Assembly: GCA_964016885.1 (NCBI GenBank)
Contig: OZ024742.1
Location: 320,292,001 to 320,356,000 of the forward strand
Length of the DNA stretch: 64,000 bases
Direction: 5' to 3'
DNA from: Eledone cirrhosa
Lineage: Eukaryota
The position numbers were made by a program, and so were the translations under genes. Below, one piece after another: positions 27,733 through 40,913 of this stretch. Every line of letters starts with the position of its first letter. Positions within the stretch are counted from its first letter, which is position 1. The notes below the pieces were generated by a model. That model was not told the origin of the DNA. It worked only from the letters and a program-made list of their open reading frames with translations, and made no database searches.

Positions 27733-28002
27733 AATATATATATATAAATATATATATATATAAATATAGTATTAAGGATACTATTTATGGTTATGTATGT
27801 AATAAAGCCTTTTATGGTTATATATTTTTTATACAAACCCTAAACAGTGAAAGATAGTCATTAATTACTCTCTTATTACCAGTAAGATAAATAGCTCAAT
27901 GTAGTAACATCTGTTGCTTTACAGAGCAGTTATATAGAGATTACAATAATCAAAGTTCAGTTTAAATCACCGTAAAACACTAATCACCTTTGAAGACCAA
28001 TT

Positions 28003-29535
28003 ATGGACCCGCAAGGATACGCAAAACAACTTACCATGGGGTCTAGTGACTCGGCGCAGGTCACTGATTTAGTCGGCCTATATTTACTTAACCAAATCCA
28101 TAAGGACCTTCCTTACCTCAGCGGTGGTTTGTATCGCGACGATGCTCTTCTACTTATAGATTATAAAAAATTCAATATAGAAAGAACTAGAAAACTATTG
28201 CACAAAGCATTCAAAAACTATAACCTTAGTATTACCATGGACAAAAACACCAAAAACGTCAACTTCCTAGACGCCACACTCTACCTAGACTCAATGATAT
28301 ATGCACCTTTCCACAAACCTAATGAAAAACTCATCTACGTAGATACCAAGTCTAACCACCCTAGATCTATATTAAACTCTATCTCTAAGGGAGTATCTAA
28401 TAGAATCTCTAATCTTTCCTATGACATAAACACATTTAACAATAACTCCCAATATTATAATCAAGCATTAGCTAGATCAGGCCATAATACAGGGATAGAG
28501 TTCCTACCTACAAAAACGCATAGCTACAACATTATTTCACACAGCATGTCCATGAGAAAATTTAATAATAGGAATAGCAACCACACACACACTAATAGAG
28601 ATGATAACAACAAAAGTAACCCACACTACAGAAATTACCATAGTAACATTAAAGGAAACAATTCACCAGACATAAAAAACAGAAATAGAAGAAGAAATAA
28701 TACATTTTTCAACCCTCCTTTCAATCTAAACGTTTCTACCAACCTACCTAGGGCTTTCTTCTCACTACTGGATAAACACTTCCCATCCGGCCACAAGTAC
28801 CATAGCCTTTTAAACAAAAACACTATTAAAATCTCATACTCCACTACGCCTAACTTGGCATACCACATAGCTAGTAGCAATAAAAGAAAAATTAATTCTT
28901 ACTTCCAACAAACTAAATAACAACAGACGATAAACCTTCAAAATAACATTCAAAATAACATTATAGCAACTAACCATAATATCAATAGAAATAATAGTAT
29001 TAGTGCTAGTGTAAACATTAACGCTGTGAACGACAACCCACATAACCATAACCCTATAGCTAACATCCAAACTTCTACACAGCATATTAACCGGCAGACT
29101 AACACCCAGAATAATTGTAACTGTAGATCAAATAGAACCTGCCCTTTAGATAGAAAAGGCTTAACCAAGGATATCATATACTCATGTACAGTCACAACTA
29201 ACAACTCTTCCGAAACCTATATAGGCTCTACTTCTAACTGCTTCAAAACTAGATACAATTCGCACCTCCACTCTTTCAAAAAACACAGTCCACTTCACTA
29301 TCTAGCTACATACACTATCTAAAAACTAAAAATAAAATATATACACTTAAATGGGAGATGGTAGGTAGTGCAACATCGTACAAACCACCTAATAAATTTT
29401 GTAACCTCTGTCTACTAGAGACCCATACTATCATCTTCTCTAACCATAATCTCCTTAATAAAAAATCAGAAGTGTTCGCATCTTGCCAACACCGCTTCCG
29501 ACACTCTTTCCAAAATTTTAAACCCTATATATAAC
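28003..29535 (+). pseudogene. PLE RT C-terminal half plus GIY-YIG endonuclease (frameshifted)
   Basis: MGSSDSAQVTDLVG, GLYRDD, VNFLD, SNHP, FFNPPF, KISYS; CNCRSNRTCP, IIY..YIGST..FKTRYNSH; later CNLCL. Confidence 0.88.
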
Positions 29536-31347
29536 AATGTCAGACTGGAACCGTCACCACCCCTAGCAAGTAGCATCAGTAGCACACCTTACACCTCATC
29601 TCCACACCCATTTATATACTCTAAAGGTAACAGTGGAAACATTATAGTAACATCTAACCTGGGGATACCCCCATGTACTTCTAATTCTGATACCTCGGCC
29701 GTGGATTACTTAAACTGCATTGCACAAATATATGATTAATATAAACTGTGGACACGGTATTGGTTGTGCTAACATAATCCTGTGCATGGAGTGCCACCAT
29801 GAGATAGATTGACGATTAAGTAAGTAATCTCATTATTATGTGACTATATATTCTATACGATGAGTACAATGAATTATGCACAGGTGATACATGAGTTAGG
29901 AGTTTCTGTTTTGCTTGATGACCTGATTAGTATCTTTTAATGAGAGAACGGGTCCCCGGACCACCGCGGTGATATTTGAATTTTACCGGGGATGCAGTCA
30001 TACAATGACCCGAAACTTACCGGGAGTCTTGTATGATAATAAGACCATTATTAGTAATAAGACCCTTATTAGTAGTGAGACCCATATAATTAATTTTGAA
30101 GTCCGAATCTTCTTATGGATTGTCCGGGTGTGGCACTCCATATTAGATTGTAACCATCATGATATGAACTCCTTTAGTACTTATTAGTAGACTCCACTCT
30201 AATTTGTAGATAAGAAACCTAATTTAATTTATATATGAGATGGGAGTTTATGTATTGCTTGATGACCAGACTGGTGTCTTTATATGGGAGATTTGATCTC
30301 CAGACCACCCTGGAGATATCCAAATTTGCCAGGGATTCGGACATACAATGACCCAGAGCTTACCGGGAGTCATATATAATAATAGGACCATGCCAGATCC
30401 TGCGGGTGGAATTACACTTACAAAGAACATTGATTTGTGAGTCTGACTCTTCTTATAGAATGTTCAGATATGACACCCCTTAATAGAAGGTAATCATCCT
30501 GGTATATACACCTTTAGTACTTCTTAATAGACAACACTGTAACCTATAGATAAGTAACATAAACTAGAAACTAGTTATAACACCATATGATAGGCACTTA
30601 TTTGAAACACGATTAGTGTAATTTAGGATAATAAATTTAACTAAGAAAAACAGCTAGTTACCTCCCCTTACGCATTAACTCCCCTTGGTCACACACACAC
30701 TTCCGGAATATAATATCATCACACAAAACAAAACAACATGATCTATTAATTAAGAATCGACAAGATATGGTTTATAACTTGGTTATATGCTGAACCATCG
30801 TGGATTATATGATAGACCCGTGATCTATATATTGCGACTCATGGATTATGTGAGTGGTGGTGTGCGCGAAGACAGTGATGCTGTTTTGCCTACGATATAA
30901 TATGTTTTATAATATGTTTGATATTTTTGATATTTTGGTGTTTCTCCACATTCGGGACTGTATATCATACAGGTGTATGCGAAAAAATGATTTAATAATT
31001 CAGCCCACATAATAATATCGATTGCCTGCTTCAACTGCCTGACCCTGCAAGTAACAATCTGACGCACTCTAATCCTGTATAAATAAGACACGAGTGCATG
31101 CTACACGTGAGATTGTTTCATACACTGACTACTCTAAACTTTCTTCTTGCTTTATCTTCATAAACTGCCAATGCTTCATTTTTATCTTTATTTTTATTTT
31201 TATTTTTATCCTTTAACCTTTATATGTAAATTGCCATGCTATATCATTTTGATGGATGTCATCCCACTGTGGGTCAATATGTGCATATGTTTTTATATGT
31301 CTCTTGTGTTGAAAAGGAGGTCAAGTATGTTATAGATCACTTAATAG

Positions 31348-31396
31348 TTGCTCCGAAGAATCCAAACCTCGGTTTGGAGGAAACAATTGTAAGCAA
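31348..31396 (+). ncRNA. Type I hammerhead ribozyme (family B) with variant core CCGAAGA
   Basis: TTGCT-CCGAAGA-A-TCCAAACC-TC-GGTTTGGA-G-GAAA-CAATTG-TA-AGCAA. Confidence 0.8.
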
Positions 31397-31690
31397 ATAA
31401 ATGATTTAAACTGAACTTTGATTATTGTAATCTCTCTATATATAAATATATAAATATATAAATGTATAAATGAAAGGTATAAGAAAGTATTGTACCAAGA
31501 AGCCAACAGTATTCCATAATATATAAGTGACTATATATATATAAATATATATATATATAAATATATATATAAATATATATATATATATAAATATATATAT
31601 AAATATATATATATATATAAATATATATATAAATATAAATATATATATATAAATATATATAAATATATATATAAATATATATATATATAA

Positions 31691-31739
<49 letters not shown>

Positions 31740-32045
31740 AATATATATATATATAAATATATATATATCTATATCCAAAATTAAGATAAATTAAATGAAT
31801 TTAATCTAAATCAAAATTATGGGTGTCATGCCAGAAAGGCATGCGCCATATCACCCGGAAAATAAGCTCCAAGATTCTATCGAGTAGGTCCGAGCATTTT
31901 ATAATAACTAGAAATTGATTAACATATATATAAACATGAATAATCACAGGAGATAATTTTTACAAGTGTGTAACCACACATAGCTAGGTAGGTAACTAAA
32001 TAAAGTTGACTAGAACTTCAAAAATAGATACCTTATAATATGATT

Positions 32046-32158
32046 AATTGTTTCTACTTTAGGCACAAGGCCAGCAAATACCCCGTGTATTACTAGTACT
32101 TTATTTTATCGACCCCGTAAGGATGAAAGGCAACGTCAACCTCGGCGGGATTTGAACT
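32046..32158 (-). mobile_element. SINE S1, partial
   Basis: Reverse-complement core. Confidence 0.8.
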
Positions 32159-32178
32159 ATATATATTGATATATATAT

Positions 32179-32285
<107 letters not shown>

Positions 32286-32462
32286 TAAATACAATATCGG
32301 AGAAAGCTTTTTAGCGATACTCCGGCCAAATTCCAATTCACTCAACAAACATTAGGAAATAAGTGATTATATTCCCAATTATGTGTTCGGGGTGCCAACT
32401 AAAAGTATTGCGTGGAAAATTGGCTGTAATATTTCAAATGAGACATATCTAATATATCTCTT

Positions 32463-32589
32463 CCCAGACGGACGTCTCGTTTCATTATAGGATTCCTACA
32501 ATTTGGGTGAAATTATACCAATTTATGTAGCAGCTTGTATACCATCAATAGATATATATTCAAGTGGGCTCCTATAATTCATCAGTGGG
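32463..32589 (-). ncRNA. Type I hammerhead ribozyme (family C) with long stem II insert
   Basis: Minus strand CCCA-CTGATGA-ATTATAGGA..~75 nt..TCCTATAAT-GAAA-CGAGACGTCCG-TC-TGGG. Confidence 0.75.
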
Positions 32590-32749
32590 TGCCCCAATAA
32601 TACTAATATTGATAATCTAACCAACATCAGCATTTAGCGATAATCACTTTCTGTGCCTGAGGTATCTGTCAGGTTGCCAGTCCAGCAGTTCTGAAAGAAG
32701 TGCTCGAACTGATTCAATAAATATATATATATATATATAAATATATATA

Positions 32750-32796
<47 letters not shown>

Positions 32797-33099
32797 TATA
32801 TATATATATAAACTATATATATATATATATATAAAATATATATATATATATATAAACTATATATATATATATATATAAAATATATATATATATGTATAAA
32901 ATATATATATATATGTATAATATATATATATATATGTATAATATATATATATATATATATATAATATATATATATATATATGTATAATATATATATATAT
33001 ATATGTATAATATATATATATATATATATAATATATATATATATATGTATAATATATATATATATATATAATATATATATATATATGTATAATATATAT

Positions 33100-33131
<32 letters not shown>

Positions 33132-33172
33132 ATATATATATATAATATATATATATAATATATATATATAAT

Positions 33173-33267
<95 letters not shown>

Positions 33268-33275
33268 TATATAAA

Positions 33276-33368
33276 AGACGATTTTAGATTTAATAGATAG
33301 ACATTTCCAGCTACAACATAGATACAGTAAAATATTCAATTGTAATTCTGTCAAGATATCCTATTCCT
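33276..33368 (+). pseudogene. Small remnant of a Hydra-type PLE ORF
   Basis: TILDLIDRHFQLQHRYSKIFNCNSVKISYS matches LLDKHFPSGHKYHSLLNKNTIKISYS of the 28003 ORF. Confidence 0.65.
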
Positions 33369-34539
33369 TTGGACCGTCTGTGAGATAAAAAATTGCCATA
33401 AAGAATATACACGACGTCAATCCAAGCTGCTCTTGTAGGATTAAAGAGAACTGTCCTCTCCAACAGAAATGTAATATCAAATCTGTTGAATATGAGGCAG
33501 AGATTACACATAACGACACGGAAAATTCTCAAGTTCGCGAAAGATGCGTCGGTATGTTGCAAGGTCGTTTTAAACAACGTTTTTATATTCATCTCCACCA
33601 CTTCAGGAATCCTGATATGTAAAACAGTACAGCCCTGGCGAAAAAAGTCTGGCAATTAAAGTAGAAAGGAGTCCCAGATAAGATTACTTGGAAGATACTT
33701 GAAATATCCATTTCCAAGAGATATCGTTTCTGTCTTAGTTTGAAATTTAGAAAATTACAAGGTCTCCGAACAATATTTATTTGACCTCACTACAGTCTCT
33801 ACTATAAACCTATTGGAGGAGAGCGACCGATACTTCGACGGTTTGCCTTCTTCGGCCTAACGAGCAGCAAAGGCTGGGTTAGTCACCAATGCACTAGGCT
33901 GCCACCGGAGAAGGTGTCGCTGCATGTAGCATCTCAGATGAGGGGCTTACCACCACGGAACGAGAAGATAGTGGTACCCTGACCTTTTACCGTTCCCTCT
34001 GTCCAACCATGCCATCTCAAGCTAGGAAGGGAATCATGCGGCATCCTAGCCATGCTTTATGTTCTTGATAGGTGCAGCATGGTGTGGGAGGCGGCAAGCA
34101 CTGTAATGGTATCACAGTGCGTGGAAACCAAAACAATCCACAATGGACCCGCAATTGCATTAGTGAGGCTCGCAGATCCGGAGGAAACACAGATACATAA
34201 ACAGTGGCTGTCCCATCCTATGTCAAATCCCGAGGGCCTCGAGAAAAAAAAAGTTCTGAGCATAGATTAATTGATAATAAGAAGAAAAAAGTAACATTAA
34301 CTGTTCCATTGCAAATGTAGTCGAAGAGATTTTGTTGGGTGTTGGGAAAGGAAAGGTTAGGTTATTATCAACATATTTAATGTATGAAACATTAAACTGA
34401 TGAAATAGATTAATAAATGCAATAAGAAACAAGAAAAACATTACAAAAAACAAAATAAAACAAAACAAAGCAATAGTAATCAATGTCTGTTATTACCTTT
34501 TTATTTTGTTTGTTATACATGGCCAGATGGAATAAAAAG

Positions 34540-35030
34540 GAGCCCGGTGGTTTCGACGTCGAATGTTCCAATTATTTGATCTAGGAACAACTTGTTCGTG
34601 AAAGTAATGTGCATGTGGCTGAAAATTCTACAGACAAGTGTGTATCTTTAATCCTTTAGTATTTAAACCGGCCAAATCCAACCAGAATTCTCTCACCACT
34701 TTCTGTTCAAACTGGCCGTAACCGACCACTCATATCACCGTAAAGGTATTGTTCTCAAGATAAATATCAAAATCTCAAAGATTCGATATTATGTGAGGTA
34801 AAGCCTTTACCACAAAAATACAATAGTAAATATAGAGTAATGTAAATGCTAAAGGGTTACGGTAATTTTCAGGGATATTCAGCGTGATACAATGTCTGAC
34901 AAGTCTGGCTCTTTGAATTACAGGTTCAGTCCAATACGGTCCTCTAAACAGTTCCCGTCTATTTTATTCCACTCACAACTCTTGGATCGACGCAAAGCTA
35001 TGGTAAAAGGCACTTTCCCAAAATGTTTAT
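34540..35030 (+). mobile_element. Degenerate SINE-like repeat interrupted by a MITE
   Basis: GTGCATGTGGCTGA..CAGACAAGTGTGTATC / GGGATATTCAGCGTGATACA..CTTTGAATTACAGG resembles a common octopus repeat (recalled, not searched). Confidence 0.5.
34648..34860. mobile_element. piggyBac-like TTAA MITE
   Basis: TTAA-TCCTTTAGTATTT ... AAATGCTAAAGGG-TTAC degenerate terminal inverted repeats (TIRs). Confidence 0.65.
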
Positions 35031-35248
35031 GTCTCGTAACTTAGCAGTTCAACAAAAAGACATCGATAAAATAAGTACCAGGCTGGAAAGAAATATGTAC
35101 GGGGATCGATATAATCCGTTTGGTGCCCGAGTGCGCGCACTAGGAGTTAGTGGCCCCTAGTTTTTGTTAGAGTCGGTTTCTAGCATAGAAACAAGACTGT
35201 TTCATTTGAATTTATTTAACATCGACTAGGTAAATACGTATGTATGTT

Positions 35249-35333
<85 letters not shown>

Positions 35334-35426
35334 GTATGGGTGTTATTGCATGTGTGGATCTGTAAGTTTTGAGTTTATAATGTGTACACGCGCTTATGTT
35401 TCTCTATCTATACATATATGCAATTA

Positions 35427-35615
35427 TTACATGCTGAATTTCTGAAATGTTTTAAATATTTTTACAGTTCCATTAATGGACTGTACTTGCAACTTTCTAA
35501 CTAGCCGTGCCGTTTGTTGTTCTGTGAAACCCAACTTCTCAAGTTTTGTAATGAGATAGATAGTAACGTATCCCAGAGCCCCAATTGACACACGTTCAAA
35601 TCTAAAGGTAGTCAG
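35427..35615 (-). pseudogene. C-terminal remnant of a second R4/Dong RLE element
   Basis: SIGALGYV..LEKLGF..LQVQSINGTVKIFKTF aligns with IIGATGYI..MTELGF..LQMAAIAGTFKICKTF at 9316. Confidence 0.75.
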
Positions 35616-35665
35616 TGGAGTATCTGTGGATGTCTCATTAGAGGTACGTAGGTACGTATGTATGT

Positions 35666-35882
35666 AATAATGATTTTTACTATAGACACAAGGCCAGCAA
35701 TTTTGGGGGAGGGGAAAGTCGATTAAATCGACCACAGTGCACGACTGGTACTTTATTTTATCGACTCCGTAAGGATGAAAGACAAAGCTAACCTCGGCGG
35801 GATTTGAACTAAGAACGTAAAGGACTCTATGTTGCAAAGCATGTTGTCTGACGCTCTGCCGATACTGCCAATCCACCGCCCT
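35666..35882 (-). mobile_element. SINE S1, full length
   Basis: GGCGGTGGATTGGCAGTATCGG head, B box, core and tail on the minus strand. Confidence 0.88.
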
Positions 35883-36109
35883 AACAATATGTAATAATAG
35901 AAATGAATTGTCATTTCACTGTATCATTTCAGCATTGTTATTGATATGAGAACATTTCCAGGCGTTTATCAACACCGATCGATTATATTATCTATAAATA
36001 CATCTTCCTGTACAGTTCATCTATTGTAATATACATATAATAATCATCATCATCACAATCATCAACACGAACAACATCATAGTAAAGGTTGATTTACGTA
36101 ACACTATTG

Positions 36110-36458
36110 GTTCTTGTGGCCTCGTAGTTAATGTGGTGGATTTACGATCATAAAGTCTTTGGTTCCATTCCTAGTCTGGACAGCACGATGTGTTCTTCAT
36201 CAACACGCTTCATTTCACATTACTTTTCATGATAGGATTTAGTCCTCTATCTTAACACCTCCGAAAAACTACCTATCAGATGCAACCTCGTAGACGGGCA
36301 GTTAAACCTGCATATGCGAGAGCTGTAAATTTTAGTTACATTTTTCTTTTGTTCACAAGCAACAAATGGACGTGGCATGACTGAGTGGTTAAAAAGTTAG
36401 CTTCACAAACGTGAGATTGCGGGTTGCATCCTCTTGTGTAGTATCTCGAGCAAGTATG

Positions 36459-36460
<2 letters not shown>
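36110..36460 (+). mobile_element. Two degenerate tRNA-derived SINE heads
   Basis: GTGGCCTCGTAGTTAA..GGTTCCATTCC and GGCATGACTGAGTGGTTAA..GGGTTGCATCC A/B-box-like motifs. Confidence 0.5.
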
Positions 36461-36490
<30 letters not shown>

Positions 36491-36493
<3 letters not shown>

Positions 36494-36606
36494 AATAGAG
36501 GCGTTAAAAACCAGTTAGACCATTACTCACCAGAGTGCTCGATACTTGGGGTAGTATCTAGCTGTTAAAACGGCTGGAGCTCAGTTGTGGAGGTCCCGAA
36601 TTTTTC
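36491..36606 (-). mobile_element. Degenerate family H copy in (TA)n
   Basis: ACCAG..GACCATTACTCACCAGAGTGCTCGATACTTGGGGTAGTA joined to AAACGGCTGGAGCTCAG. Confidence 0.6.
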
Positions 36607-36622
36607 ATATATATATATATAT

Positions 36623-36702
<80 letters not shown>

Positions 36703-38402
36703 TATAGTTTAGTATCCTCAACATGTTTCTGCTGCTACCATTGGTTTCCATTCTCGCATGTAGCTTAGTTTGTGCGATTGCACTTCCACATGCATAACTT
36801 TAGCTCAGGCAACTATATCAATATGTACGTACATGCATCTGTGAGGTTTATGTATGTGTAATGTGTGCGAGTATGTGTGGAAATGTGTGTTTGTGTGTGT
36901 GTATGTAAGATAATTTCTGATATAAAATTTCTAAATTATTCTTACATTTAAATAATTTATATAGGTTTTGTAAAAGATATTTTTTCATCTATAAAATCAA
37001 CTTCATATATAACAAACAATGATTTTGAACTTCAGTGGCCCGTCTTATCAGTGGTTTCCATTGGTTAAGACAATGCATATAGACTAGTCCGATAGCTGCT
37101 GTTACTGGGGACAATAGAATATTTTGAATATGTTCCGTGTCCTGAGAAGGCAACACGTCCTTCCTGATCGTTATATGCGATCGAATAAAACGTGGAAACT
37201 TCGAAATGATTGCTCTCAACAGAACATAATTAATATACCTTAGAAAAACACCCCCACCTACAACGAAAAAGTCCCCACACATAACGAAAACGTTTGAGAA
37301 CGAATAACTTCAAGAAGCCAGTAATATGAATTTGGCTGACAAAAATCGACACGGCTGTACTGTAAAACTTTCCTTAGCTTTCAATAAATAAATGAAATAA
37401 TGAAAACCCTAACGGCAATTTCGAAGGGCAGATAAGTTGAAGAACTGAAGAAATATTTACGATTGAATTAACATGTTTAAGAGAAATGGATAACTTTATC
37501 TTTAGTAGCACTAAGATAGCGTTAAGCGTCATAGGGGTGTATATAAAAGCATATATTATATGATTATGTACAATAAATACATGAGAGACTCGCTATTAAA
37601 AGAAAAATATTTATGCGTTATGAAAAAATTATTTTTCTCTCTTTTGCTCTGTGAACATTGCAGATATCTCAGTAGCAGTTGAGAATGTCAGACAGCGTAG
37701 TTTCAAGATTCGTTAATCTCTCATCAGTGACATTCACTCAACCAGTACTGAAAATGGCCTAGTGCCTATATAGAGTTTGTGAAATGAACATTTACTGAAG
37801 ATGTTCATTTGCATATACAAATAAAATACATCGGCTGGGAATACTCATTTCCATATACAATAAAAAAAAAAAAATAAAAAAATACAATATCGGCTGGAAA
37901 TGCTCACTTGCATATAGTGCGTCTTAAACAAATGTTTCTCTGTTTCCAAAAATTTCCAAATTGATATAACACTGGGGGCATAAAAAAATCCGCCTCTGCT
38001 ACCGAATATCAGTTTTAAAAAAATAAACATTTGCTGGGTTGGGTTAATAAAACTAATACTGAACTTTTTTGAGCAAAGTTTAAAAATATAGAGATCCTTT
38101 AAAGACATTACAAACTGTGCTGGTTCAACATTGATACTTCTTCGTTCTAAGTAGTAGCGAGAATAATGCTGAATTAAAGTTAAGTATGACAATGTAACTG
38201 AAGATTCTCAATGCTAACTTTAATAAGGCGTAATAAATTATGCTGCTATTATGAATTTCCTGATAAAACAAAATATTGGGAAAATATGTAACTAATGTAT
38301 GTATGGACGCGTAACTCCTGCAAGAGTCGTAGGGGATCCGTCGTGAAATACGGCGCCTTGGACACTTTAAAGTTGGCGCAAACCTGGCAAGTTGGCTTCC
38401 AC

Positions 38403-38582
38403 TGTGAATTGGCAGTATCGGTAGAGGGTCGGACGCCATGCTTTCCAGCATAGTTACGTCCCTTTACGGTCTGAGTTCAAATCCCGTCGAGGTTAACTTT
38501 GCCTTTCACCCTTACGAGGTCGATAAAATAAAGTACCAGTAATGTACTGTGTAATTGCCGGTCTTGTGCCAAAAGTAGAAAC

Positions 38583-38586
<4 letters not shown>
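38403..38586 (+). mobile_element. SINE S1
   Basis: TTGGCAGTATCGGTAGAG head, B box, core. Confidence 0.88.
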
Positions 38587-38623
<37 letters not shown>

Positions 38624-38636
38624 TACACACACACAC

Positions 38637-38686
<50 letters not shown>

Positions 38687-38687
<1 letters not shown>

Positions 38688-38834
38688 ACGAAGGAAGTGT
38701 GGTAAGGAACCAGGTGGACCATAACGCACCAGAGTACTCGATACTTAGGGTAGTAGAGTGGGTAATAGGAAAAGAGTCAGGACCCCGACGGCTGAGCTCC
38801 GGCCGTTTCGACAGCTAGATCTGAACTAACCCAG
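38687..38834 (-). mobile_element. Family H copy without fold-back arm
   Basis: Same tail and a single arm GACCCCGACGGCTGAGCTCCGGCCGTTTCGACAGCT; (TA)n flanks. Confidence 0.75.
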
Positions 38835-38961
38835 TATATATATATACATACACACACACATATATATATATATACATATATACATACATATTCATATGTA
38901 TTTATATATATGTCGCAGCTCTATCTCCGTAGTGCCAGTCTGCGGAAATTAATGTATGCTA

Positions 38962-39106
<145 letters not shown>

Positions 39107-39350
39107 GGACAGGGAGTGATGGGAACCATGTCTGAACAAATGATTAAAATCAATAGATTTTTTTTTCATACTCGTCATTCTGCTTTTCTTTACTTCTGTA
39201 TTAATTGTTAAAATCTTTTTTTGAGATAGTTTTCTTATTTATATACTTTTCCATTTTCATAAATTCCTATTTTTGTTCACATTGCCTCATGGAACATCTA
39301 CTCCATATTTCATTCTGTTATATTTTCTTTTATTATCTATTACTTCATAA

Positions 39351-39792
39351 AGGGCGGTGGATTGGCAGTATCGGTAGAGTGTCGGTCCCATGCATCACGT
39401 CATATAGTTACATCGCTTGAAGTTCTTAGTTCAAGTCCCGCCGAGGTTAGCATTGAGTTTCATCCATACGGGATCGATAAAATAAAGTACCAGTATGGCA
39501 CTGGGGTGGATTTAATCGAATTTCCTTTCCTCCAACTGTTGGCCCCGTGTCAATATCAGAAACCATTATGGAGTGGTGATTTGGCAGTATCAGTAGAGTG
39601 TCGGACATCATGCCTCGTGGCATAGAGTTACGTCCCTTTGCGTTCTGAGTTCATATCCCGCCGAGGTTAACATTGCCTTTCATCCTTACGGAGTCGATAA
39701 AATAGAGTACCAGTTACGCACTTGGAGTAGATTTAATCGACTTTCCTCTCACCTAAAATTGTTGGCCATGTGCCAAAATCAGAAACCATTAT
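39351..39792 (+). mobile_element. Head-to-tail dimer of SINE S1
   Basis: Two full units joined at CAGAAACCATTAT near 39570. Confidence 0.88.
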
Positions 39793-39974
39793 TTATTACT
39801 TCATAACGCCATAAGGTTTTAACTATTCTCTGTAACTCTTCATAATGCCTTCATTTAAACAATTATATATATATATATATAATGTTCTGTACTAATTGTT
39901 CATTGAGCTTTCTTTGTTGAGTAACTTAATCAATATGCATTATATATGTATAGATTTAATCTATATATATATAT

Positions 39975-40187
39975 AACATCGGCGTGGCTGCTTTGAATGA
40001 GACCAGGCTCGCTGAAAAAGGAAACATCAAAGAAACCGGATCCACCTATACGATCTTTTGGAAAGGAAAGGATGCAAGCGAGCAACGCATTCGTGGGGCC
40101 GGCTTTGCCGTGAAGACCAAACTCGTGGAGCAGTACAACCTCATCTCCACTACCATCAGCGAACGGTTGATGACCCTCCGCTTTTAG
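39975..40187 (+). pseudogene. RTE/BovB-like APE fragment
   Basis: VAALNETRLAEKGNIKE..YTIFWKG..GAGFAVK..ISERLMTLR. Confidence 0.85.
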
Positions 40188-40745
40188 CTTCCAGTTATCG
40201 GGTCCCCGCCTACGTGTTCTATCTAAGTCGATCATGCAGATCACAAATTTGTGGTCTGAATAGGTAACCGCTTGTAGTTGTGGACACCCTATGTTATCCC
40301 TATCTGCTAACACAATGAAAAACGTATCTAATTACGATCTAGATGACCCTATGCGATTGCCTCATGTCTACACTGGTTCATTTAGGAAATTTAGTCGGTA
40401 CCTGTCAGACAGTTGGAATTACCTGTCAGGTGCTTGAGGCTTTTGCACTCATTCGTACCTCTTTCCTAAACAGCACTGCCCCTCGCCTCTCATTCCAGGG
40501 CGACCAAGAGATGCGTAGATCTCTTAGTCCTAAAAAAAGGGGGCTAGTGCGTGCGTGTTGGAAATCTTGGTCTCACTGACAGCTGTCACATCTATCGTTA
40601 GTGATCTGAGGTCATTGAGTAAGCGACCCCAGGCCATGTGATTTATGCAACCTACTCTTAAAAATTGGCATGTGTGCCAGAAAGATTTAAAAGGAAAAAG
40701 GGGACTCCGCGTGCTATTGGAGATCGGGTGGTTCGCCCGCCACAT
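40186..40745 (-). pseudogene. Decayed, internally deleted Tx1-type APE fragment
   Basis: LRVGCIN..LLNDLRSLTIDVTAVSETK and CPQL..YSDHKFV..DLDRT..GPDNWKL match ORF2 at 17145. Confidence 0.8.
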
Positions 40746-40913
40746 TTGGTTAGGGCTCCTTTGGAAACTCCTTTAAAAGCATACTTGTGGCTTTTATATT
40801 ATGGGTTTTCAAGTTATGAAGGAAGCTCCCCCTCATGATTTTTTATTAATGATTGGGTACCTTCAATAACTGTGAAAGTATACGTAGACACACAAAGACA
40901 CTGAACAACTATA

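Larger units (their letters stand above)
27770..31440 (+). mobile_element. Penelope-like element (Hydra-type), 5'-truncated, long 3' UTR, inverted 5' terminal segment
   Basis: RT and GIY-YIG ORF pieces, HHR at 31348, 34-bp inverted match 27936-27969 / 31402-31435, (TA)n flanks. Confidence 0.85.

Noticed and set aside
28918-29030. Selenocysteine read-through in the PLE ORF as in Naiad elements
   Set aside because: The break is a TAA or frameshift, not an in-frame TGA, and the motifs are Hydra-type
36989-37720. Possible host exons (NILLSP serpin-like peptide; pyrimidine tract plus CAG at ~37662)
   Set aside because: Too short, no paired splice sites or further motif support; needs RNA-seq
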